DNA of 60,425 nucleotides, taken from the NCBI GenBank assembly GCA_010093995.1, contig ML992516.1, positions 478,422-538,846 on the forward strand. The letters run 5' to 3'. The position numbers were made by a program, and so were the translations under genes. This DNA is from Elsinoe ampelina. Taxonomy: Eukaryota. Of this stretch, positions 34,554 to 45,869 are shown one piece after another. The notes below the pieces were generated by a model. The model ran no database searches, was not told the DNA's origin, and saw nothing but the letters and a program-made list of their open reading frames with translations. Position 1 is the first letter of the stretch; each line of letters opens with the position of its first letter.

Positions 34554-35569
34554 ATGAAAACTTCTTGGAATCGTTTGATCAGGTGTGAAACCACGGACGG
34601 TCGTGTCGTCAACGCCGAGCCAGTACTCCCGGACCCTGACTTTGATCTTGGCCTCGTCAAGGAGGAGCATCAGTTGCAGGCCAAAATTATCATTGGAGAT
34701 GATCTATACGAAAAATCTACTGTGACGGATGAGGTTGTCACTGTCAAGAAGATACTTGGACCCCTGTCGCCGCAAGACATACCAATTCTCCGATGTGTTG
34801 GACTCAATTATGCAAAGCACAGTCGGTCAACCTTCCCTACAGCCGGACCAGCATTGACATTCGATAGTCAAGGAAGCCGGTCGGTCTCCACCTCCGTATC
34901 CTTTCATCTTCTTCAAGCCGAATACGACGGTCTGCGGTCATGGAGATGATGTAATCATTCCAAAGATAGCCCAGGATGAGCAAGCCGACTATGAAGGCGA
35001 ATTGGTGGGTATCTCAGCCTCAGACTCCTTCCGCTAACGTCGTCAGTGTATGGTCATTGGTAGGGATGCCAAAGATGTTTCAGTCGAGAACGCCTTGGAC
35101 TATGTTGCAGCCTATACTGTCGGGAACGACATTTCGTCCAGGAAACTGCAGCGGGATCCAGCACTTGCAGGCAAGGTACCGCAATGGGGCTTCTCCAAAG
35201 GGTTCGACACCTTTGCGCCGTTGGGTCCCTGCTTGGTCTCGGCATCACTGGTTGCGGATCCTGCAAAGCTACATCTACAGACCATTGTGAATGGACAGGT
35301 GAGGCAGGATGAAATGGTGTCGGATCTGCTCTTCGATTGTGCATATCTTGTGTCGTATCTTTCGCAAGGTACCACTCTGCAGAAGGGTAGTGTCATTATG
35401 ACTGGAACTCCTGGTGGTAAGTCGATATTTGAACGACAGGGATACTGGACTGACTGGTGTAGGTGTCGGAGCTGGAATGAATCCTGCGCAGTATCTCAAG
35501 CCTGGCGATGAGATGCGTGTGGTTATTTCTGGAATCGGTACTCTCGTCAATGGTGTCAAGTTCACCTGA
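34554..35569 (+). CDS. Fumarylacetoacetate hydrolase-family protein (acylpyruvate hydrolase-like)
   Basis: LRCVGLNYAKH, IFFKP, DYEGEL, GNDISSR, QWGFSKGFDTFAPLGP, IMTGTPGGVG; three introns. Confidence 0.92.
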
Positions 35570-35578
35570 ATACATCCT

Positions 35579-37281
35579 TCATCCAACTGTTCCAAAACCC
35601 AATTTTCGGAATGGTATTGTCTGCGTCTTCACCGGTTTCAGCGGCATTGGATCGCCACCTCCAGCGTATGTGTTGATCTCAACAGCGGTATGGCCTGGCC
35701 TACGTATGACGCTGGTGGTAACAAGCTTGAGGCAGCCGATTTCGTGCACGATTACCACTTCATGGGATCTGACCTCGTCTGGTACGATCTTGCATGGTAG
35801 GCCTAGTTTCTCTGCTCGATGTTCCTCGATATCGGCGAGCCAGCGACATCCGTCGGCTAGGGCGACCGAGTAATTCGTTCCTTCTCGCCGCTTCATTTTG
35901 TACATGAGTTGGATTATTCTTCGGCGGAGAGCTTGATCCCGGCATCTGTACGCCATCATATTCAAGGCGGGTAGGACCTCTGGATCGAGACTGAATGAAA
36001 TTTGGGCTTCACGTCCTGTGTGTCTAAAAGTTGGCGGGTCCATCATGATACATTCTGGCCATCTTTTGAGGTACAGCGACATGAGGTCCAGGGTTCTCTC
36101 GAAATGTGGAATACAGTGCTCTGTTCTCTCGTCCTCCGAATCACACATCGAGAGCAAGAGATCTGACAGCAGCAATTGAATTGCCAAGAGCAGATCTGCT
36201 GGAGTCTCCGGGGTTGATTTGGCTTCCAGTAGCGGTCCACACCAGTAAGCATGGAGGTTGCGGACTTTCTTCAAGCGGTCCACTTGATGATCCTTTAGGA
36301 TATGATTGGCCATTCTGGAGATCGAGCGAATCAGACAGAAATGGGGACCATGGTTCAGACCTAGCGAAAGGTCATTGATGTGCCTTTCGGCCCAGTCGAG
36401 TCTTTCCTGCATGAGTTTGTCTGCATCCGCGATCAACGCCTTGACAGTCTGGTAAGCATCCCGCTTGGACGACAGCGAATGAGGCCAGCTGGATCCTGTA
36501 TGACCTTGCGGTGTAATGATCTGCACATGATCGAGAGACCATCTATCCATTGACATAATCATGCTGTGGCAGGATTGGAGGGATACCTTGAGTGGTGCTT
36601 CACTGTATTCTTTGAGGATTGCCTTGCCGTAATCGATATGCTGGATCGCCAGGGAACTTTTGCTTTCAAGGTATACCTCGAAGGTGGCAAACAGCATTGA
36701 TGCGATCAGGATTGGTTCTGGATCCGCTGAATGACCGGACTCGATCATGAGTCGTCTAGTGTTTGCCATGGCCTTTGAATATTGCTTCATGGCAACTCTG
36801 TCTGCTTCCACATTGCGAATTCGACGGAGAATACCATCGTGGACGTTGATCATAGCTCCTGCCGCTCCAGATGCTGCAGCAATGGCCTGGAATGTGATAT
36901 GCGAAGTTGAGCTTAGTTGGAGAGCAAGATAGACCCATTCTGGGTCAGGTGATACCAGCGTCATTGGCCAGACCATGTATTTTCGGAACATTTCGAATGC
37001 ATGGCGTTCAAAGTCAGTCACATGGAAGGAGAAGGTTGGCAAGTTTCGTTCGTCGGTCAAGGGGTCGATGGGTTTCACCGCCAGGCGTTTGATAAGTTGC
37101 TGATCCGGCAGGATCTGTCGCTGTTTACCGTCGCATGTTCTTCCTGTTGTAACACACTTGTTGCATGATGGGATAGCTCGATCGCATTTGACTCGGCGGA
37201 TTCTGGATGATTAGCTGCGTTCTCAATTTGGGTGTAAACATACTTGCACGTCTGGCAACCCTGCCCAGTCTTTCCTCTCAT
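35579..37281 (-). CDS. Zn(II)2Cys6 transcription factor
   Basis: GCQTCK / intron / IRRVKCDRAIPSCNKCVTTGRTC, in frame with the 499-aa ORF (AMKQYSKAM, MLFATFE, YRCRD..LRRRII..M...RREG). Confidence 0.87.
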
Positions 37282-37953
37282 GGTGGATCATGCACGACTG
37301 ATGTCGCTTGAAGGGAGAAGAAGAGAAACATTGTCAAGGTCCCAGGAGGCTATGTTGTCGGTGTATTGATGGTCCTTGCTTTGATACGATGAGGGAGAGG
37401 ATGCTGATTGGCTGTATCGCGAAGCAACCAATCAGAGGCAAGCTGACATTTCAGGCCTCTCTTCCGTGGCCTCAACGACTTTCCGTCTTTTCCTTGTTGT
37501 CGACACGGACATGTTTCGGTATATTTTCGAAGCCGACGAGCTATTTGCTTCTTTGTGGCCTGCCATTGGACTCGTCGCGTTGTGGCCAATCATAGATGTG
37601 GTATAAATGCGGCACGATCGTGCTCTGCAATATATGTACGCCTTACCGTGCATCACCTTCCAGGACACGATTGAGGCAATGCCTGGCATTCATAATGCAC
37701 GAAAGGTACAGTTTTCCTGTCTGGGCTGTTACTTCATCTTGATTCCTCGCGGCTATCACACTCATTTCGAAACGCATCACCACAGTCGTTTCGTGTATGC
37801 TGCAGCACTCCTCCCACGCCGGCACCACCTTCTGTGTACTCAATTCATCACTACCTCGCACGATCGTTTGGAGTCACCACTGGTTCAGACAACGATCAAA
37901 GCCCCTGACTGAACAACGACACTCCATTCATTCGTCCCACGAGCATCATCAAC

Positions 37954-38154
37954 ATGGCAGATCTCAGCTACAGCGCGATGATCGTCATCATCATCGTGGC
38001 CGTCGGAGTAACTTTCATGTTGATCTACGGAGCTTGGAGGATGTCACACTCTACTGATAGAGCCTTCCCAACCTTGAAGCCCGAACAGGAGCAGTATATG
38101 AGGGAGGTTCGACAACGGAATTTGGACAACATGCACCCGGGGCACAGGGTATGA
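37954..38154 (+). CDS. Small single-pass membrane protein (66 aa)
   Basis: ATG in good context (CAACATGG), one hydrophobic helix, then EQEQYMREVRQRN, which resembles a recurrent fungal microprotein motif. Confidence 0.6.
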   Translation: MADLSYSAMIVIIIVAVGVTFMLIYGAWRMSHSTDRAFPTLKPEQEQYMREVRQRNLDNMHPGHRV

Positions 38155-38444
38155 GTCTCCGCAATATCAGTCGGACGACCCGAGATGCCCGATTCACCCT
38201 CAATTCGCACACTGTCGATGAATCGGGGTCCATAGGAGGTCACATTGGTCTTCCCATGCCATTACATGCCCCACGGCTACCATACTGCATCCCACTCTGT
38301 CATCGACCGCGGAGGTCTCCAGGCTCGCACTGGAAAGCTTCCATATACACCTCGGCGCATACCGCAGCGTCAGAAACGAACTTTACTTCATGAATCTATT
38401 TCTCATAACCTCATACCAGCCAGTCTGAGTCTCAATCGCTAATG

Positions 38445-39618
38445 CTACAATGCTGAACCTTCTCTGATCCGCTCCGGGTCTTCCACCCACTGCTTATATC
38501 TAGGATGCAGATGCTTTCGAATCCCGTCCTCGATGTGGTCTGGCCAGTCGTTCATCATCCATCTCGGATGATAGTCTCGTAGCAACGTGGCATAGAACGA
38601 GAAGATGACAAGAGATGCCGGTCGTTTTTGTGCGAGAGTTGTCAGGAAATCGTCTGAGATCCGATATAGCCACGAGAAGAGGACATGGGAGTACTTGTGG
38701 TCACCTTCGTTCCATGCCACTGGTAGACCGTATCTTGCCACCATGGTTGTCTTTAAAAGGTTGAGAGCGTCGAGCGGGATCTGGAATGCTTCTTCGCCCA
38801 CCGCTGCATTGCTGAGGAACTCGTGGAATCTTTGAAATCGATCGATGAAGTCGGGGAGAAGTTGGCGCTCGTATCCAGTCGAGTCTGGTGTTCCTGAAGA
38901 ATCTGGCTTCCTTTCTCGTCGTATCTGGGCCATTAATGTGTTCTTGATGATGGTTCTGGCTCCTCGGAACAATGTAAACCATTGAGCTTCGCCACTGTCG
39001 CTGAAAGCCAGATATTCTCCTGGTTGAGGACCTTTGGCCAGGTATGCAAAGCAGATGATGATTGCAGACATTTGGATTGCAGGGTGGAGAGGTGCATCTG
39101 GTCTCGACAACCGTGAGATGATCGTTGGTAGAGCCATATTGTAATGCTCGTCGGCCCTGGCGTGGAGGGCTTTGTGTCGGGACGGTTCTACAAAGGACAT
39201 GTGAAGGTCCTGCTAGCGATAGACATAGATGAAGGAGTGAGTGGTCCTTGAATGCTTGCTGTGGGAGTTCACTCTGCCAGAATTCCAGAGTCAAGGCCTC
39301 GTCGACAAGACTTGGGCCGGTATGCTGGGTCAGAAAGTGGAAGAGCTCAAAATCGTCATATGTGATGCCGCCGATTACGGCAGAGACTGGTGGAAGCGAT
39401 GGCGGTGGGGGTAGTCGTGGAGCAATCGGCACATTCGTCAATGTCCTCGGCCTGCCTGCGAATTGGCATTGTTCTTGTCGGCGGGTGCAATTCAGGCATG
39501 TCGGCAGGCCTTCGTCGCATTTTACACGTCGTCTTTTACACGGTATGCATCCACCGCGGGATTTGTTGTGTGCTTTCCGCACTCTTGGCCGTTCTGGAGT
39601 GGATGGAGTTTCCGACAT
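38445..39618 (-). pseudogene. Zn(II)2Cys6 TF (Upc2-like), split by a +1 frameshift (pseudogene or assembly error)
   Basis: RKAHNKSRGGCIPCKRRRVKCDEGLPTCLNCTRRQEQC. Removing one G at 39206-39207 gives LSLAGLHMSF and fuses ORFs 38701-39618 and 38445-39200. Confidence 0.8.
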
Positions 39619-39985
39619 GAGCGGATTGTGCGAGAGGAGGGAGAGTACGAGATACGAGATGTTTGATTCTGGGCTTTATTATGAGAGCTCTGATTGGCCG
39701 AGCGTCTCGTACTCATTCGGCCCTATACGAGCCTCGACTGGTTCTCCCCCGACACCTCTACCTTCTGCATACTGTATACTTGCTTCCCGCTGTTCGACAG
39801 CACGGTACAAAGCACATGATGGTCTGTGCAAGACCAATGAGGCAGATGCATCCTGGACACCATCTAAAGCGGGTATATCAAGTCGGCTACTCGCTCTCTC
39901 GCTCAATTGTTGTTCCTCTTCTGTCTCCACAATGCACGCTTCAACAGCTTCCCGACTCGCAGCAACAGGAACAAAGATGAGTTGA

Positions 39986-40529
39986 ATGTTCAATCACGAG
40001 AGGAAATTTCATACAGCTATTGGAATCCTCGCTCTCTTTGTCTTCGTCCTCTCCATCGCCAGGATAGCCGTCTCGAGGTTCGGCCGGACCGTCATCTGGG
40101 TTATGGTGACCAGTTGTAACATCCTGCTGGGAACTCGTCTGAGTGTGGACAAGTCTTTTAAATCTGTGCTGGTAATCGCCTACGAAATATGGGTCGAGCG
40201 AAATGGGGCCACGATGAGATTTGCCAGTATGAAGGCAGGCATGGCACTGAATGTCCTGGAGCCTGTATTCTGGTTGACCGCTGTCATTCTTTCAATCCTC
40301 AGCAACCGTGGACCTCTGTCTTCCGCTGGACGAGCCATTGGAGGTATTATTATTGCGGCTTGCTTGATCGTTCTGTGGGTATACCTCAGCTTATCCGGAT
40401 GTCCCTCTGACTCTTCAAAGTCCTCTATCTCTGGTCCTCGCCATCATCTTTTTCCGAGAGTACAAGCAGACGAAACAGATCATTCTCTCGGTTTACATTG
40501 GATCCGTACTGTCTCTGTTCGGCCCCTAG
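39986..40529 (+). CDS. Small fungal multi-pass membrane protein, divergent from the TF
   Basis: About four hydrophobic helices with KSVLVIAYE...ASMKA...LNVLE.VFW; probable introns near 40110-40153 and 40375-40420. Confidence 0.6.
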
Positions 40530-40700
40530 TAGACGCTGGCCCATACCAACAGGCTTGATCTCGCTAGAATTTGGACATCCCTGCCAGACTCCGCCGCAAT
40601 GACACTGTAAATCCAAACCTCTACCTCTCATTATCTCGATTCCGTCCACTATACCTATGCTGCTGCCGGAAACAAACGAGGCCCTTCAATAGAGTGTCGT

Positions 40701-43341
40701 TTATGCATTCTTCAGCAGGTCAAATTTCCTCACCACAGTTTCAACCATATCGTGGTCCGCCGTCTGCTGGAGTAGCCAGACACCTTCTTCATGTTTTCGT
40801 TTGGCAATCAGCTTTCTTGTAGTTCCGGCAACGCTCCGGTGGATACTCTTGCAAATCCCATCTGCCGTGTACGCCACAAGACCGAGGGATGCTAGATTCG
40901 GTTAATACGTCTCGAGGACTGAGGAATCGATACATACCTGCAGCAGTCTTGGTGGTGAAACCCAGCATACCTTTCCCAAGGCCTTTTGCCAGTCCTACGG
41001 CACCCTCTCGAGATCCTTGCATTGGTTGCTTGACCAAGTCGGTGATCCCGTCAACCATTCCATGAGCGAATGACTGGACATGTCAGCTTAACTTGTGCTA
41101 GACCGGGCCTTACAAACCTTGCCAGCAACGACACCACCACTCATCCATCCGCCTACTGCACCATGCTTTTGCGGCGCTTCTCCATACAGCTTGGGAACTG
41201 CTTTCAGACCTTCTGTCAGCGCTAATGGCAGATCTACCATGGTTCCCTTGAACAAAGAGACGTTCATCATGCCGAAACTCCTGGTCGATGATCCTGCTAC
41301 TCTCAAAGCTGTTTCCCCGCCGCTTTTGTCGACTTCAGCTCGAGATTTGGAGGCCATGATCTCGTCGTATGGATTTTTGAAGATTCCAAATGTGTGATTG
41401 GCCATGTCAGTTGTCATTCCAATCATGGATGAAGAGCTTGCTGTTATTGGATCCCAGCGGCGGTTCTCTATGTGGAGGGGTTCTGTCTCGAGACTGGTAT
41501 GGTCAGTGTGTGTCGAGAGGCAGTATGCGGAACTCACGAGGTCAAATCCTTCTCGCGGATGTAGCCCTTTTCGATCAGAATCTCCGTGGCGGTTCTTGAC
41601 AAACGTATACCTCGTCTCTTGTACCGCCAAGTTGCAGGCTGGTCGGTGAATATGGAACATGGCATCGTGTCGAATGGGAGAAAGCTGTGGAAAGTCTTCG
41701 CTGCTGTCTTTACTCCGTTCTCGGCCTTCATTGGGCGGCGATACTTTCGGCTGCGTTTTTCGTGTCCGGAGCCAGGCATTTCTGAATAGCATCGACCAAG
41801 ACTGTTACATTGAGCTTCCGCCATGGTATCGGTGAAGGTCCGGCTCCCGCTTTTGAGACCATCTCGCCCCAGAATGGTTGGCTAATCTCTTAGCTTGACT
41901 CGGGAGAATGTGGCAAGTACTCACTCGCCAAAGAATGGTATGATCGTGGTGGGACACCCGTTTGCGAGACCGCATGCGGTTGTTCCGGCGCCTCCATGAT
42001 GGACGACAGCAGAGACATGCTTGAACAGCCATTCATGAGGGCAGTCGTCGATGAAGAGGATATCATCACCACAGTCGCCGTCCAATTTGCTCCAGCCTCG
42101 AGAGATGATGGCTCGCACGCCACATGTTCGGACTGCTTCGAGGATGATCTTTGTCATTCCCGCTGGATCTTCGAGCACGATGCTGCCAAAACCGATGTAT
42201 ATTGGCATTGAACCCTTGCTTAAGAAGTCTGCAATCCCGACTGGTGGCTTGTAGTCTGGAGGATTGCAGAAAAAGAAGCCGGAGATGTCTATTCCGGTCA
42301 GTCGATTCAACAACATCATGGAGCACTTACTGAGATGTGATGCCCAATCTTCCGGCTTTGGGATGAGAGCCGGTGACCAGCAATATGTAGTGGGAATATT
42401 CAACGTCTCTGTCAGACCAGATCCTTCCCATGCTGGTACCGGTTCAAGGTCGAGATTCTTTCTAAACTTGTTGATGACATCGCCCAGTCTACATGGTCAG
42501 CGAGATTCAGCAGAGTGAGACTCAACATACCCTTGCCATGTCAGAAACTCGACGATTCCGTACGAGGCATATTTGGCCAGTCCAGGATCGATTCCGTGCG
42601 CTTGAATGTTCGCGAGCGGATGAGGGAATGCCTTTGTGCTTGTCCACGGCATTGTGAACATGATATGAAGAGGAATACCGAGCGCTTGAGCACGGTGCAC
42701 GAGGGCGAAGCTGGGTGGGCTTGCGATTATTGCGTCCGCCACAAATGGTTTATCGTCGACTGGTTCAATACAGGATCGCCAACAGCCTTCAAGCATCTCC
42801 GCTACCATGATTCGCTTGCGCTGAATGTCGCCGTTGCGAAGGCTGATCATGCTGGGGATTAGTGAAGGATTCTTGACCATGTAGGCCATCAATTCTTCGG
42901 GATTGCCGCCGATCGAGAAGAACTCGAGGCCAGAGTCTTTGACGAACTGCTCGAATTTGGCATGGGTCGCTATTCGGACTCTGTGCTTGAACTTGCGGAG
43001 CTCACATCCGAGCGCGATAAAGGGTTGAACGTCTCCTCGACTACCAACTATCTGGATGACTATGTTCATGGGGATTGTCCATGATGTTTGAGCGTGTGGA
43101 TCTCGGACTTGTTTGGTGTGTCTTTGTCTGAGAGATCGAGAGAAGCGCTGAGCGACTCGCCTGTTCAGCGAGATCGGGATACGTCCGTCATCTGCTGTTG
43201 TCAACTACTGTTGATCTATGGAACAATCGATGTCGGACCTTGTATGTCAGCAACGACATCTTGAATCTCTTCATACGGCGGTGGCACCTCGTCGTCGTCT
43301 GACGTAGGTTCGAGAGGCATCTGGATCTTGTTATGTGGCAT
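40701..43341 (-). pseudogene. GT1 sterol/UDP-glucosyltransferase-like gene with a -1 frameshift (pseudogene or assembly error)
   Basis: [59 protein letters not shown]. The frame ends ...SIAAQ* at ~41729; adding one T at 41731-41732 gives SIAAQMKAENGV. Confidence 0.82.
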
Positions 43342-44053
43342 TGTGATGGTGAAGCGAAGAAAGAGAGATGACTACTTAAGTTCTTTCACCTACAGGCAGC
43401 AGCGAATGACGGTCTCGTCTGATACGCCATCCGCTCGGTATTGTGGTCAATCCTGCACAGGACTGAGGCATTGCAATACCGTTGAGAAGCTTTTCTCGCG
43501 GGATCTGGCTGATATCATTGGTCAAATGTACGAAGCTTGTTCGTATCGGACTTCTCCGCCACTTCAATCGGGCCGACAGGATCTTTGACACTTCTACGTT
43601 ATCATCGTGTCGCTTCTTGGTCTCTGTTGTTCCTCGACTCGACCATTATGGATGGTACGTCAGGATATCTAAAGGAGATGGCGTAGCAACCGTTCAACGA
43701 GCTGTGATCACCACAGCAGTGTGCGCGACACCATCTGCATGCAAGACTTCATCGTGCAGGCCACCAGCCACCAGTTCGCACGGTCCAGTTTGCATTATTC
43801 AGGTCATACTGTGATCATGAAAGCCGCCGGTCTGGATGTCGACGGCGTGCGGTAACATATCCTGTTCACCTTTGGTCTCATGCTGGTCAGCAAACATCAG
43901 GTCAGGCTGCACACATTCGCCCTGAATCAGAACTGGCTTTGACATGGTCCCTGTTGCCTTATAACGGTCTCCTTTGATATCTGTGGATTGGAGCAACTTC
44001 CGAGTGGCCAATTTCTCGTCCGAGATGGATGCAACAGCGTTCAATCCACTCAT

Positions 44054-44333
44054 CTAGGCGAGCGAAGCGAGGGTTAGGGTATTAGGTCGAGCGCAGCGAG
44101 GGTTAGGGTGGTTAAGGGTTTAGGGGATGTATCCTGGTCGCTTCCAAGAACCTACGAGTAGGCTGCTAGGCGAGTGAAGCGAGGGTTAGGGTGGTTAGGG
44201 GGTTAGGGGATATATCCTGGCCGCTTCTAAGAACCCACGAGTAGGCTGCTAGGCGAGCGAAGCGAGGGTTAGGGTATTAGGTCGAGCGTAGCGAGGGTTA
44301 GGGTGGTTAGGGGGTTAGGGGATGTATCCTGGT
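44054..44333. repeat. Interstitial tandem repeat containing telomeric GGGTTAGGG motifs (units of 112, 83 and a partial ~85 bp)
   Basis: Units start at 44054, 44166 and 44249 with CTAGGCGAGYGAAGCGAGGGTTAGGGT; an internal 29-bp sub-duplication is present in units 1 and 3. Confidence 0.92.
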
Positions 44334-45869
44334 AAGTCTAGCGTTTTGTGATCGATGGTGGTGTCTTTCACCGCTACCTCTGGATGTACGACCGAGAACA
44401 GGCATTAGTCTCGAAACCATACGTGGGGTGAGGATGGTACATCGGAGACTAATGAGTATTAGACATGTCGGCTGCAAAGAGATCTGTCGCAACAGGATCG
44501 TTGTCGGAGCAAGGTCTTGGCTGGATATGACAAACAGCCGATTCCGACCGCCACTAAGCATCATTGTCGTTCGGTCTGTCAAAACTCGGGGATCAGAATG
44601 ACTCCAAGTCTTTGCGGCAGACATTCAGTCTACCTAATTACGAGTGAGACTGAAGTGGCAGTCTGCACGCTGAGATTGATTCACTTGACTATCAGTGGAT
44701 CTGAGAAGATTGAACTGCGGATAATCCGAGACGTCGAGATACTATGCCACCTGGTATTTACCACAAGTTCTATTGAGCCCAACCGAAAGGCCACGCTTCC
44801 GCCCAAAGACCAGGCTCTTGCCCAGCACTCGCGCTACGAGCCTTGCGCCTGCCTAGCGGCGAGCGATCAAGCCCTCTTTGTTACCCGGGCGCCCCAAAGC
44901 AAGGATGGAGGGGCCCGGGCCAGGAGGAACCTCCCGAAGGAATCGTGGCAGGATCCTTCAGCGTGGGTGCGAGCTGTCCACATTCTTGATTGGGAGCCAC
45001 ATCCTGGTTTGGGTGCACGAGAATGAGACCTCCGACTTGTCAAAGGCGTGCGCAAGCCTCGCCAGGGTGCCGAATTGTCACTGCAATCGAGGTGACACGC
45101 ATGGAGTCCCGTCGGTCAGTACAATAGTGTTTCGTATTCCGATTTTACCCTCTTCTGTCATAACACTTTTCACATGCGCATGCACTGTACGACCTGCTTG
45201 AGCATTGCAGAGGACAGTCAGTCCTGGTGGGAAGGTTTCGGAGCTGTCTGGAATCGCAAGTGAACCAATGCTGAACCTGCATCACATGCTCGTCCGCGAA
45301 TCGAGATCAGCGCATAGAGAGGCCTTTGGAAGATCCTCGTTCTGCAGCTCGAAGAGGTATCGGCTCGATCATGATTGAGCATTGTGGCTCAGGGGCTGAT
45401 TCACCCTTATGGCACTGTTGAAACACTGTAATGCAGCCTGTCTTTCTCTCTGTACGCCAGGGAAAGCCTCATGTAAGTATCGTGAGGTCAGTAAACTAAG
45501 GCCATCCTCTATCACCGCACATATGACGACAAATGCATGGTCCATGATTCATATTGACCTGCCTGTAGGAAAAGAGGGAAACTTATGAAAGTGAATGGTC
45601 GAGCGCCATTTTCACTCAATGCGTTGATGATGAAATATACTACACTGAATCATCAACCGATCTGCATGAAAACAATATCACCAACAAAGCATTTGACTCT
45701 TATATGATGTGTGACAATTCAGGTCGGAGCATCTTTGCCACAGTCAAATCAAGGTGCGGCTCTGCGGCGTCGACCCCGCGAAATCTTGGCGGCTTCCCAA
45801 ATTTTTGGACGATCATTCTTTCCTCGACTTTGCTCAAACTTTCAACTTCGACTTCCCACCGTCGACAAC

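Noticed and set aside
43376..44053. Short minus-strand ORFs (84 and 71 aa) beside the telomere-like repeat
   Set aside because: No recognisable motifs and no consistent exon structure; cannot support a gene call.
44054..44333. Telomerase RNA template or CRISPR-like array
   Set aside because: Telomerase RNA has one template rather than tandem units; there are no unique spacers and the genome is eukaryotic.
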